Below, piece by piece: positions 8,962-19,007 of a stretch of DNA of 64,000 bases. The stretch is from Bacteroidia bacterium (GTDB lineage Bacteria; Bacteroidota; Bacteroidia; UKL13-3): positions 32,424 through 96,423 of the forward strand of contig JBIIBC010000005.1 of NCBI GenBank assembly GCA_044239605.1, given 5' to 3'. The translations under genes were made by a program, and so were the position numbers. The notes under the pieces are model-generated. The model had not been told where the DNA came from and did not search any database. It was given only the letters and a program-made list of their open reading frames with translations. Each line of letters begins with the position of its first letter. Position 1 is the stretch's first letter.

Positions 8962-10365
8962 ATGAAAAAAACGCTTTTAGTTTTAATGTGCTTAATAACC
9001 CTTAGTGGTTGGGCACAAAAAAGTCAAGTAGAGTCAGCTGCTCTATACTTTAACAATGCAGAAATGGAAGATGCTAAAAAAGCCATTGATGCCGCATTTG
9101 AACATCCAGATACAAAGGATAATGTTAAAATGCTTTATTACAGAGCTGCAATTTATGATACCATTGCTACATCGAAAGATGAAAAAGTAAGAAAATTAGA
9201 TATTGATGCTGCAGAGAAATGGGCTTTGGCTGCAAAACGTTGCTTAGAGTTAGATAAAAAAGAAATTTACAAAGAGCAAATTGAATATAATATAGTAAAT
9301 GCTGCATTTGCTTGTAATAGTGCTGCATACGAAGCTAGCCAAAGAGGTGATTACAAGAAAATTCAATCATATTATCAATTGGTTATTGACTTATTGCCTT
9401 ATGATAAAAATGGTGATATGAAAACCAACAATTTAACTGAAAAGTCAATTGTTTTCAATCAATTCTATTTTGCTAATAAAGAAAAAATCAAGGAAGATCA
9501 AAAAAAATATTTGAAGCGTTTAATTGAATTAGACTACCAAGATCATTTGATTTACGCCTATTTAACTAATATATATCTTGAGGAAGGTGATACTAATACA
9601 GCAATTACCTATTTAGAAAAAGGAAGAACTTTATTTCCAGAAAAGAAAGATTTAATTGGACAAGAGATCAATATTTACATAGCTCAAAATAAGTTAGATA
9701 TTTTAATGCAAAAGGTTGAACTTGCAAATGAACAAAAACCTGAAGATCCAGATTTAATTTATACAAGAGGAAACCTTTATGACAATGCAGCAACTGGATT
9801 TGCTAAAGAAATTAAAAAGTATAAGGACGAGGCTGCCGCAGCTAATAAAAAAGCCAAGTTAGAAAAAAATGTTGCGACTAAAAAGCAATTAGAGGCACAA
9901 GCTAAAGATTTGAGCACAAAAGTAATGGAGTTAAATAAAAAAGCTGCTCAATACCAATCAAAGGCAGAGGCTGATTACTTTAAAGCCATTGACTTAAATC
10001 CCGATATGATTGATGCTTATTATAATTTGGGTGCATTAACAAATAATAAAACTACTGTAATTGCTGAAAAAATTAATGCTATAGATGCTAAAACACAAAT
10101 TGAATATGACAAAAAATTCAACGCATTGAAAAAAGTGCAAGACAGTATTTTTAGTGTGGCAATTTCACAGTTTGAAAAAGTAATTGAAATTGCTGAAGTA
10201 AAATCGGAAAAAACACCTGAAGATAAAGCAATTAAATACGCATATCTTAAAGATGCATATTACAGTTTACAACTAATTTATGCAGGTATGAAAAATGAGA
10301 GTAAATCGAATGAATACCGAGCTAAGAAAGAAGAAATAATAATTAATAGCAAGAAAAAAGGGTAG
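8962..10365 (+). CDS. secreted TPR-like / helical repeat protein, function unknown
   Basis: It has a signal peptide (MKKTLLVLMCLITLSGWAQ), TPR-like helical content and a K/A-rich coiled segment. Confidence 0.5.
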   Translation: MKKTLLVLMCLITLSGWAQKSQVESAALYFNNAEMEDAKKAIDAAFEHPDTKDNVKMLYYRAAIYDTIATSKDEKVRKLDIDAAEKWALAAKRCLELDKKEIYKEQIEYNIVNAAFACNSAAYEASQRGDYKKIQSYYQLVIDLLPYDKNGDMKTNNLTEKSIVFNQFYFANKEKIKEDQKKYLKRLIELDYQDHLIYAYLTNIYLEEGDTNTAITYLEKGRTLFPEKKDLIGQEINIYIAQNKLDILMQKVELANEQKPEDPDLIYTRGNLYDNAATGFAKEIKKYKDEAAAANKKAKLEKNVATKKQLEAQAKDLSTKVMELNKKAAQYQSKAEADYFKAIDLNPDMIDAYYNLGALTNNKTTVIAEKINAIDAKTQIEYDKKFNALKKVQDSIFSVAISQFEKVIEIAEVKSEKTPEDKAIKYAYLKDAYYSLQLIYAGMKNESKSNEYRAKKEEIIINSKKKG

Positions 10366-10390
10366 TACCTAAATTGATAATAACCATAGA

Positions 10391-10422
10391 AACCGACTAA
10401 ATAATACTTAGTCGGTTTTTTT
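10391..10422 (+). terminator. Rho-independent terminator
   Basis: The stem AACCGACTA/TAGTCGGTT is followed by a T-run. Confidence 0.8.
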
Positions 10423-10532
10423 ATATTAAAACTAATACTTAACATAATGTTAATTATAGGCTATTTGTTTGTGATGTAAAAAGAATATATTTGAGGTATC
10501 CAATTAGATTTAACAGCGATAAATATTTATAA

Positions 10533-12293
10533 ATGAGTGTTTATATTCGATTATGTTTCATTTTAGTATGTATTTTAGATTCATACTATAGCGTTGCTCA
10601 AAAAATTAATATTACCAGTCAACCATATACCATATACCAATGTTTAAATAACAAAGTTATTTTTCAGGTTTCAACTGATTTGTCATTAGGTATTAATATT
10701 CAATGGTACAAAAACAATATTTATTTAAATAGTCAAAATTCGAATGCATTAATAATAAACAACGCAACGAATTTAGATACTGGAATTTATTTCGCTAAAA
10801 TTTGGACTTTAACTGATACTGTCTATTCTGACTCTGCTAAATTAATTATTACTCCTAAACCAGTAATAACACTACAACCACAAAATACAAATGTTTGTTA
10901 TAAAACAGCTTCAAAAATCAAAATTAATGCTTCAGGATCAGTGGTTTTGAGTTATCAATGGTACAAAAATGGGTTAAAAATAATAGGACAAACAAAAGAT
11001 TCACTCTACTTTGGTGAGACAAATTATTCTGACACTGCCTACTATCACGTATTAATTAAAGGTTTATGTGATAGTACAATTTCTAATATTGTAAAATTAA
11101 ATATTTTCCCAAATCAATAACCCAATTTACCCAATATTAGTAATTTATGCATTAAGTCTAATGCTTTGGAAGTATTACATTTCAAAGATTATTTATGGAG
11201 CAATGGAGAAACAACTAGCAAAATTTTTGCAAATATGAATGGAAAATATTGGGTAAAAACAACTGATACTAATAATTGTATTAGTTTTGACACTACAATG
11301 GTTATTTTAAATTCATTAGCCAATATTTATGCAGGTAAAGATACCATAATTTGTAATATTTTGGAGCTTAAATTAAATGCAAATTATATCAATGCTGATT
11401 CTGTAATTTGGCAAAATAATCCGTATGGGAGTTTTAACAACAAATACTCTTCTAATGCGATTTTCACTCCAAATTCTTTATATTCAGGGAATTGCGATAT
11501 TATTATTTTAGCTAAAAACAAATGTGGAATAACCTCAGACACATTAAATCTTACCCTCGCTCCAGTTCCTGATTCCAATTTTAACGTTTCTGATTCTATT
11601 ATTTGTTTAAACTCAATTCCTGTTAAACTAATGCCAAAAGAAATCGGTGGAATATTTTATGGTGAAAATGTTTTTAATAACCAGTTTAATCCAATAAAAT
11701 CAGGCATTTTTTATATAAAGTATCAAATAAGTAAAAATTATTGTAGTAGTTTATCCTCTAAAAAAATTGAAGTAAAAGTTGCTCCAAATCCAAGTTTCAG
11801 CATAAGTCCATATAACCCAATTATTGACGAAAATGTTGTTTTTTCTTCAAAAAACGAAGCAAATACAAGTTATTCTTGGTATATTGGAAATGCAGCTTTA
11901 GGTAGTTCACATGAATTAACAAAAAATTTTGAAACCTCTGGTAATTATCAAATCAAATTGTTAGCCAGCAATAGTTTTTGTAAAGATACTTTACTTCAAA
12001 ATTTAATTATAAGTGAAAGTAAATACTTATATGTACCAAATGCTTTTTCTCCAAATAATGATGGAATTAATGATGAATTTAAGGTGGTTTATAAAAACAG
12101 TTATGAAACACGGTTGAACATATATAATACTTGGGGTGAACTTGTATTTAGTTCGGATAATAAACTTTTGGGATGGGATGGCAATTATAATGGAAACAAT
12201 TGCCCAATAGGACTATATATTTACATAATAGAGTATAAAGATTATGATAATATAAACAGAAAAATACAAGGAGTATTAAACTTAATGCGTTAA
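10533..12293 (+). pseudogene. Ig-like repeat adhesin with T9SS type B (gliding-motility) C-terminal domain, interrupted by one in-frame TAA
   Basis: ORFs 10533-11120 (signal peptide plus Ig-like repeats, WYKN motifs) and 11166-12293 (YVPNAFSPNNDGINDEF...GLYIYIIEY type B CTD) share a frame. The 45 nt between them contain no stop codon. The only interruption is TAA at 11118-11120. Confidence 0.7.
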
Positions 12294-12369
12294 TTATAGT
12301 GTTTTATGTATAAATTTATGAAAAAAATGTACTTTAAAAATTAATTCATATACATTATCTTGCGCCTTT

Positions 12370-13137
12370 ATGATAAAAGAAGCAACATTAGAATACAATA
12401 CCGAACGAAATAAATTAATACTTTCGGAATACGGACGCAGTATTCAAAAAATGGTAGATTATGCTACCCAAATAGAAGACATTGAAAAACGCAAAAAAGT
12501 AGCTGACGAAATTTTAACTTTAATGGGTCAGCTTAACCCCCACTTACGCGATATTGCTGACTATAAACACAAACTATACGATCATTTATTCATTATTTCT
12601 GATTTTAAATTAGAGCTTGATTCGCCTTATCTAAAACCTACTAGAGAAACAGTTTTTGTTAAGCCCGAACCAATGAAATATCCGCAAAGCAAAATTTCAT
12701 ATAGGTTTTACGGTAAAAATATTCAAAACATGATTAACAAGGTTACTGAATTGCCCGAAGGTCCTTTCAAAACCTCTTATATCAATGCTATTGGTAGTTT
12801 TATGAAAACCAATTGCCGCAATTGGAACGATGAAGTAATTGGCGATGAGCAAATAATGGCTCACTTAGAACAACTAAGTGATGGCAAAATTCAAATTAAC
12901 GATTCGGAGGATATTGACTTTAAGGCGCAACAAATGCGCAGAATGAACAATAACCAAAACAACAATCACAGAAATAACAACAATCGTAATTTTAGAAATA
13001 ACAACAATAATAACAACCACCGCAACAACAATAATAACAATAACCGTAAACCAAATAACAATAACCCAAACAACAAAAATCCTACTTTAGGAAGTAATGA
13101 TAGCGGTTATAGAAAATTCAATAGTAAAGACAGATAA
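12370..13137 (+). CDS. DUF4290 domain protein with Asn-rich C-terminal tail
   Basis: The N-terminal LEYNTERNKLILSEYGRSIQKMVDYA is typical of DUF4290. The tail NNNQNNNHRNNNNRNFRNNNNNNNHRNNNNNNNRKPNNNNPNNKNP is low complexity. Confidence 0.7.
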   Translation: MIKEATLEYNTERNKLILSEYGRSIQKMVDYATQIEDIEKRKKVADEILTLMGQLNPHLRDIADYKHKLYDHLFIISDFKLELDSPYLKPTRETVFVKPEPMKYPQSKISYRFYGKNIQNMINKVTELPEGPFKTSYINAIGSFMKTNCRNWNDEVIGDEQIMAHLEQLSDGKIQINDSEDIDFKAQQMRRMNNNQNNNHRNNNNRNFRNNNNNNNHRNNNNNNNRKPNNNNPNNKNPTLGSNDSGYRKFNSKDR

Positions 13138-13150
13138 TTAAATTATTTCC

Positions 13151-14479
13151 ATGCATTTACAACGTATTATTTTCAACTTTAAAAATGGCATGGAAGCCCT
13201 ACTAACCAATAAGTTTAGGGCCTTATTAACTTCGCTTGGGATTATATTTGGAGTGGCAGCAGTTATAGCAATGCTTGCCATTGGTAATGGTGCTGAAAAA
13301 CAAATTTTAGAACAAATTAAACAAGTGGGTTCCAATAATATTGTTATAAAACCCATTATTAAAACCAAAGAAGAAGAAAAGCAATTGAAAGAAAGTGGTA
13401 TTGAACAAAAAAAGTTTAGCCCCGGTTTAAGTATGTACGATGCTGAAAACATTAGACAAGTGTTAACCGATGTAGAAGTAGTTAGCAGCGAAATTGAACA
13501 ACAAACTTTATTTATTAGATCAGGAATTAAACTTGGCGGCAAACTTGTTGGCGTAAGTAACGATTATTTCCATTTGCTTGATTTTTCATTAATAAGTGGT
13601 AACTTTTTCAGCGACTTTCAATTAGTAAATGCGCAGCCAGTTTGTATAATTGGCTCCAAAGTAGCCACCAAATTTTTTAATACAGAAGATCCAATTGGTA
13701 AAGAAATAAAATGCGGCAATAATTGGTTGAAAATTGTGGGTGTTTTAAATAATAAAAACGTAGATGAAGGCAACATGCAAAAGCTTTCTATCCGAAATGT
13801 TGACCTAGAAATATATACTCCCGTAAAAACATTTTTATTACGTTATAAAAACCGTGGTTTGGTAACTATTTCGGGCTTAAAAGCTTCGCAAAACCAAGAG
13901 GAAGGTAACAATCAAAATGCAACAGATAATAACTACCATCAATTAGATAGATTAGTGGTTAAGGTGGCCAAAAGTTCTGAAATTGAAGCTACAGTAGATG
14001 TATTGCAACGCATTTTATTGCGCAGGCATAATGGAGTGAACGATTTTGAAATTATTGTGCCTGAATTGCTTTTAAAACAAGAGCAAAAAACCAAAAAATT
14101 ATTCAATACCGTATTAGGAATTATAGCCTCAATATCGCTTTTAGTGGGCGGAATTGGTATTATGAATATTATGCTAGCAAGCGTTTTAGAACGTGTTAAA
14201 GAAATTGGTTTGCGCATGAGTATTGGAGCTAGTAAGCGCGATATTGTAATGCAATTTATGGCCGAAAGTGTAACTATTAGCGTTAGTGGAGGTATTATTG
14301 GTATTTTCTTAGGAATTGCCATCAGTTTAATCATTCAAGCAGCCACTGATATTGAAACAATTGTTTCACCAATAAGTGTATTTTTAAGTTTTACCATTTC
14401 AATTAGCGTTGGATTAGTGTTTGGTATACTGCCTGCCAAGCGCGCGGCAATGCAAGATCCAGCCGAGTGCTTACGATAA
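13151..14479 (+). CDS. ABC transporter permease, MacB/FtsX family
   Basis: It has an N-terminal TM segment, a large periplasmic domain and a C-terminal FtsX-type 3-TM bundle (GIGIMNIMLASVLERVKEIGLRMSIGA). Confidence 0.85.
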   Translation: MHLQRIIFNFKNGMEALLTNKFRALLTSLGIIFGVAAVIAMLAIGNGAEKQILEQIKQVGSNNIVIKPIIKTKEEEKQLKESGIEQKKFSPGLSMYDAENIRQVLTDVEVVSSEIEQQTLFIRSGIKLGGKLVGVSNDYFHLLDFSLISGNFFSDFQLVNAQPVCIIGSKVATKFFNTEDPIGKEIKCGNNWLKIVGVLNNKNVDEGNMQKLSIRNVDLEIYTPVKTFLLRYKNRGLVTISGLKASQNQEEGNNQNATDNNYHQLDRLVVKVAKSSEIEATVDVLQRILLRRHNGVNDFEIIVPELLLKQEQKTKKLFNTVLGIIASISLLVGGIGIMNIMLASVLERVKEIGLRMSIGASKRDIVMQFMAESVTISVSGGIIGIFLGIAISLIIQAATDIETIVSPISVFLSFTISISVGLVFGILPAKRAAMQDPAECLR

Positions 14480-14496
14480 TTCATTCAAAAAAATTT

Positions 14497-15939
14497 ATGC
14501 AAAAAATAGTCAATTATATTAATGGAGCATTAGTAGAACCTAATGCAAAAAGTTATTTAGACAATATAAATCCTGCTACAGGAAAAGTATATTCGCTTTG
14601 CCCTGATAGCGATGAAACCGATGTAGAACTAGCTTACCAAGCAGCAAACGCAGCTTTCCCTGAATGGAGCAATATGAGTGCCGATGGAAGAAGTAAAATT
14701 CTTTTAAAATTGGCTGCGCTAATGGAAGAAAATATCGAACAATTAGCCATCGCTGAAAGCATAGATCAAGGTAAACCGGTATGGTTAGCAAAGCTAGGTG
14801 AAATACCAAGAGCAGTTCAAAATATTCATTTTTTTGCTACCGCAATTGAGCATTATACTAGCGAGTCGCACTCTATGGGAAGCCACGCCATTAACTATAC
14901 TTTGCGCACGCCAATTGGAGTTGTAGGTTGTATCAGTCCTTGGAATTTACCTTTGTATTTATTTACTTGGAAAATAGCCCCTGCCCTTGCTGCTGGAAAT
15001 TGTGTGGTAGCCAAACCAAGCGAAGTTACTCCAATGACTGCTTACTTATTTTCTGAATTATGCATTCAAGCAGGAATGCCAAAAGGCGTTTTAAATATTG
15101 TTCATGGTTTGGGTGGAAAAGTAGGTTCTGCTATTGTTTCGCATCCTGGCATTTCAGTTATTTCATTTACAGGTGGAACCAAAACTGGTGCTGAAATAGC
15201 TAGAGTGGCTGCACCCATGTTCAAAAAACTATCGTTAGAATTAGGAGGAAAAAATCCAAATATCATTTTTGCTGATTGCGATTTCGAAAAAGCTGTGAGT
15301 GAAAGTGTTCGTTCATCGTTTACCAATCAAGGTGAAATATGTTTATGTGGCTCTCGTATTTTTATTGAAAAACCAATTTACGAAAAGTTTAAAGCAGCAT
15401 TTATTGAAAAAACCAAAACCATGAAAGTGGGCAATCCCCTACTCGATGATACTAAAGTGGGCGCCATTGCTAGCAAAATGCACTTCGAAAAAGTGTTAAG
15501 CTATGTTGATTTAGCCAAACAAGAAGGTGGAACCATTTTATTTGGAGGCAATAAAGTACAGCTTGATGGTGAAAATGCAGCAGGTTATTTTATGGAACCA
15601 ACCATTATAGAAGGTTTAGCGTATAACTGTAGAACTAACCAAGAAGAAATTTTTGGCCCTGTAGTTACCTTAACTCCATTTGAAACCAAAGAAGAAGTTT
15701 TGAAAATGGCTAATAGCACACAATATGGTTTAGCTGCTACCATTTGGACAGAAAATTTAAATACAGCTCATTACATGGCTGCACAAGTTAAAAGCGGAAT
15801 TATTTGGATAAACTGTTGGTTATTGCGCGATTTAAGAACTCCTTTTGGAGGCATGAAACAAAGCGGTGTAGGCAGAGAAGGTGGCTGGGAAGCACTTAGA
15901 TTTTTTACAGAACAAAAGAATGTTTGTATAAAATTATAA
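14497..15939 (+). CDS. NAD(P)-dependent aldehyde dehydrogenase
   Basis: ELGGKNP and FTNQGEICLCGSR (catalytic Cys) motifs are present. I chose the start at MQKIVNYING within track ORF 14467-15939. Confidence 0.9.
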   Translation: MQKIVNYINGALVEPNAKSYLDNINPATGKVYSLCPDSDETDVELAYQAANAAFPEWSNMSADGRSKILLKLAALMEENIEQLAIAESIDQGKPVWLAKLGEIPRAVQNIHFFATAIEHYTSESHSMGSHAINYTLRTPIGVVGCISPWNLPLYLFTWKIAPALAAGNCVVAKPSEVTPMTAYLFSELCIQAGMPKGVLNIVHGLGGKVGSAIVSHPGISVISFTGGTKTGAEIARVAAPMFKKLSLELGGKNPNIIFADCDFEKAVSESVRSSFTNQGEICLCGSRIFIEKPIYEKFKAAFIEKTKTMKVGNPLLDDTKVGAIASKMHFEKVLSYVDLAKQEGGTILFGGNKVQLDGENAAGYFMEPTIIEGLAYNCRTNQEEIFGPVVTLTPFETKEEVLKMANSTQYGLAATIWTENLNTAHYMAAQVKSGIIWINCWLLRDLRTPFGGMKQSGVGREGGWEALRFFTEQKNVCIKL

Positions 15940-16974
15940 CTAATACCCTCTCCTATTTAATTCGTTTTGATATTTGCGTGCATTTATTTGATGTTGGCTA
16001 AAAGTTTCAGCAAAATTATGATACCCACTAAAGTCTTCTTTTGCGCAAAAATAAATGTAATTATGATTTGGCGCATTCAACACTGCATCAATGGCAGCAG
16101 GCGATGACATGCATATTGGTCCTGGAGGTAGGCCTTTATTTAAATAAGTATTATATGGATTATTAATAGCTGTATGGATACTCAAAACTCGCTTTACTGC
16201 TGTATCGTTCAAGGCAAAAATAATAGTAGGATCGGCTTGTAAAGGCATTCCTATTTTAAGTCTGTTCAAATATGTCCTGGCTATAATTGGCATTTCATCT
16301 ACCTTATTGGTTTCGCTCATTACTATTGAGGCCAATGTAGCAACTTGTAGTGGACTCATTTTTAACAATATGGATTTGGTGGTTCTGCTGCTATTCCAAA
16401 AACTATTGTACTCTTTAAACATGCGTTCCATAAAGCGAGTGCTATTAATATTCCAGTACAAGTTATAAGTATTTGGTATAAACAAGCTGATAATATTATT
16501 GCTATCCATATTTACTTTTTGCAAAACAATACTATCACTCATTAATGCCATGAGCTTGTTGCTATCTAATTCTATTTGTTTGCTGATAGTTGCTGCTAGG
16601 TTGCTTTTTCTTCTTGCATAGTTAATTATTAAGTTAACGGGCTCTTGCCTACCCAATTTTAAAATTCTAATCAATTGAATATTACTTAAGCGCGGTATAA
16701 TCTTGTATCGTCCTGGCTTTATGTTTTTATCCAAATTCAATAATTTAGCTACCCTTTCAAACGATTCTACATTGTCGAGCAGATTATCTTTTTGCAAATT
16801 AAAAATGAGCCTATCAAAACTTTGGTTTGATTGAATATAAATATATGCGGTTTTGTTTAAATTGGGATTGGTATTACTTAAAAACAAGTCGGAAGTAATT
16901 TTATACAAAGCAAAAAGCAATAATAGTCCAATAATTATACTTGTATAACGCCAACTTATGGTATAGTTTCTCAT
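15940..16974 (-). CDS. mltG: endolytic murein transglycosylase MltG (YceG-like)
   Basis: It has an N-terminal TM segment and a YceG fold with ASIVMSETN and LQADPTIIFA motifs. Confidence 0.85.
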   Translation of the reverse strand: MRNYTISWRYTSIIIGLLLLFALYKITSDLFLSNTNPNLNKTAYIYIQSNQSFDRLIFNLQKDNLLDNVESFERVAKLLNLDKNIKPGRYKIIPRLSNIQLIRILKLGRQEPVNLIINYARRKSNLAATISKQIELDSNKLMALMSDSIVLQKVNMDSNNIISLFIPNTYNLYWNINSTRFMERMFKEYNSFWNSSRTTKSILLKMSPLQVATLASIVMSETNKVDEMPIIARTYLNRLKIGMPLQADPTIIFALNDTAVKRVLSIHTAINNPYNTYLNKGLPPGPICMSSPAAIDAVLNAPNHNYIYFCAKEDFSGYHNFAETFSQHQINARKYQNELNRRGY

Positions 16975-17119
16975 CTAGTTATATATTTGCAGTGGCACAA
17001 TAAAAACATTTGATTTGAATTTATCAATTCAATAAAGTTATTTGCCATAAATTTTTTAGAATATTAATTCGCAAATGCTTTTTTCAAGTTAAAACAAAAG
17101 TATTTTTATAAAACAATAA

Positions 17120-18088
17120 ATGATAGTAATTACAGGTGCTGAAGGGTTTATAGGTTCATGTTTGGTAGCCCAATTAAACCAACATAATTATAATGATTTA
17201 ATTTTAGTTGACGACTTTGATACTTGGCCAAACCGTGCTGCCAATTTAATAGGTAAAAAATATTCGGCAAAAGTAAACAGAAAAGACTTTTTTGCTTGGT
17301 TTGCGCAAAATGCCAATCAAGTTCAGTTTGTATTTCATATTGGCGCACGCACTGATACTACCGAAACCGATGCAGCTATTTTTAAAGAACTAAATTACGA
17401 TTTCAGTAAATCACTATGGGATATTTGCGTGAGCGAAGGAATAGGAATGGTTTATGCATCAAGTGCAGCCACCTATGGCGAGGGCGAGAATGGTTATGAT
17501 GACGATGTAACCAAATTAAACACTTTAAATCCATTAAATTTATATGGAAAATCGAAAAATGATTTTGACAAATGGGCTGTAAACCAAACTAAGCAACCTT
17601 ATTTTTGGGCAGGGCTAAAGTTTTTTAACGTATATGGTCCTAACGAATACCACAAAGGGCGGATGGCATCGGTTATTTTCCATGCATTTAATCAAATTAA
17701 GGAAAATGGTAAGGTGAATTTATTTAAGTCGCACAGGGCTGATTATAATGATGGGGAACAAATGCGCGATTTTATTTATGTCAAAGACCTTTGCAATGTA
17801 TGTTTATTTTTAATGGAAACACGTAAAAATTCGGGTATCTATAATTTAGGAACCGGTAAAGCCCGTACTTGGAACGATTTGGTAAAAGCTATTTTTAGTG
17901 CATTGCATTTAGAATCAAATATTGAATACATTCCAATTCCTGAAGATATTAGAGATAAATACCAATACTTTACCGAAGCCAATATGGATAAATTAAAAGA
18001 AATTGGTTATTCAAAACCATTTACACCAATTGAGGATGCTGTAAATGATTATGTAACCAACTATTTAGAGCAAGGTTTGTATGAGTAA
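17120..18088 (+). CDS. hldD: ADP-L-glycero-D-manno-heptose 6-epimerase
   Basis: It carries the ITGAEGFIGS Rossmann motif. FFNVYGPNEYHKGRMASVIFH and YIPIPEDIRDKYQYFTEANMDKL align by eye with E. coli HldD. Confidence 0.8.
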   Translation: MIVITGAEGFIGSCLVAQLNQHNYNDLILVDDFDTWPNRAANLIGKKYSAKVNRKDFFAWFAQNANQVQFVFHIGARTDTTETDAAIFKELNYDFSKSLWDICVSEGIGMVYASSAATYGEGENGYDDDVTKLNTLNPLNLYGKSKNDFDKWAVNQTKQPYFWAGLKFFNVYGPNEYHKGRMASVIFHAFNQIKENGKVNLFKSHRADYNDGEQMRDFIYVKDLCNVCLFLMETRKNSGIYNLGTGKARTWNDLVKAIFSALHLESNIEYIPIPEDIRDKYQYFTEANMDKLKEIGYSKPFTPIEDAVNDYVTNYLEQGLYE

Positions 18089-18089
18089 A

Positions 18090-18494
18090 TTAAAAATATT
18101 TTTCTTCCATATCGCTCAATTCAAATTCAAGTGCATTGGTTGAAATATTTATTTCAATTAATGAAAGCGAAAGCGATGCTAAAAATATAAGCAAACTGAG
18201 TCCAAAAATTAATTGGGCTACTAGTGGGTAGTTTACATATAAAAATATCATACACAATACACACAGAAATATGCTTAAAACGCCTAAGCCTTGCATGTAT
18301 TTTATTAACTTTATTCTTAACCTTAAGTTTTTAAGTTGTGCTATTACCACTTTTTCGTTTTCGCCATTTTGAATAAATTTTGCATGTAAGTTTCTGATTA
18401 AATTAGCCAATGCCAAAAACCTATTGGTATAAGCAAGCATAAGTAAGCTAATGGCAGGAAATAAAATGGCTGGTGTGGTTAAGGTTAATTCCAT
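18090..18494 (-). CDS. DUF2721 family membrane protein
   Basis: 134 aa with three TM segments and the LMLAYTNRFLALANLIRNL motif. Confidence 0.6.
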   Translation of the reverse strand: MELTLTTPAILFPAISLLMLAYTNRFLALANLIRNLHAKFIQNGENEKVVIAQLKNLRLRIKLIKYMQGLGVLSIFLCVLCMIFLYVNYPLVAQLIFGLSLLIFLASLSLSLIEINISTNALEFELSDMEEKYF

Positions 18495-18547
18495 TATATA
18501 AATATAAACATATAGAAAAAAATGAAAGTTGCTAACTGAATAAATAA

Positions 18548-19006
18548 TTATTCTAAAATATATTCTTCGGCTTCTAGGCCATCATTTTCCAGCCTGATAA
18601 TAGTTTGGTGTTTATGAGTTCCAATAATTATTGCTTCAGCAATAAAAAGACCATCCTCTTCCTCTACTAACACGTCATCAATTTTATCATTAATTAAATT
18701 TTGCCAAGCGTTGGTTTTACTTGCATTACGTGTTTGATATTGCAAACTACAAGAAAATTCAACTTGTAAATTATGATTTAAAAGCTCAATATCCAATGTG
18801 GTAATTGGTAAAATCATTTCACTGATTTCTTCTGCTTTTTGAAGAATCAACTTACTATTGTCGGTAAACTGTAGTTCTATGTATTCCAGAAAACTAAATA
18901 TATCTTGCGGGTTGGCCTTATTTACCCAAAAGTGGTATAAAACATTGCTAAGCATTTTACCTTCAGCACTTTTGAGCAACTTTAGGTGTTCCGGATTGTA
19001 ATACAT
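18548..19006 (-). CDS. hypothetical protein
   Basis: 152-aa ORF packed tightly downstream of purC on the same strand. I recognise no family. Confidence 0.4.
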   Translation of the reverse strand: MYYNPEHLKLLKSAEGKMLSNVLYHFWVNKANPQDIFSFLEYIELQFTDNSKLILQKAEEISEMILPITTLDIELLNHNLQVEFSCSLQYQTRNASKTNAWQNLINDKIDDVLVEEEDGLFIAEAIIIGTHKHQTIIRLENDGLEAEEYILE

Positions 19007-19007
19007 A

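Noticed and set aside
11118-11120. TAA reassignment or alternative genetic code as the explanation for the in-frame stop
   Set aside because: TAA terminates many clearly complete conserved genes in this window (for example lysC and fabF), so a code change is not tenable.
13138-14334. Minus-strand ORFs 13138-13542 and 13939-14334
   Set aside because: They lie antisense within the MacB/FtsX permease gene, which has clear family motifs, so they are shadow ORFs.
15941-15958. 13-14 nt match between the mltG 3-prime end (CCCTCTCCTATTTAA) and 53573-53587
   Set aside because: A match of this length is expected by chance many times in a 64-kb AT-rich window.
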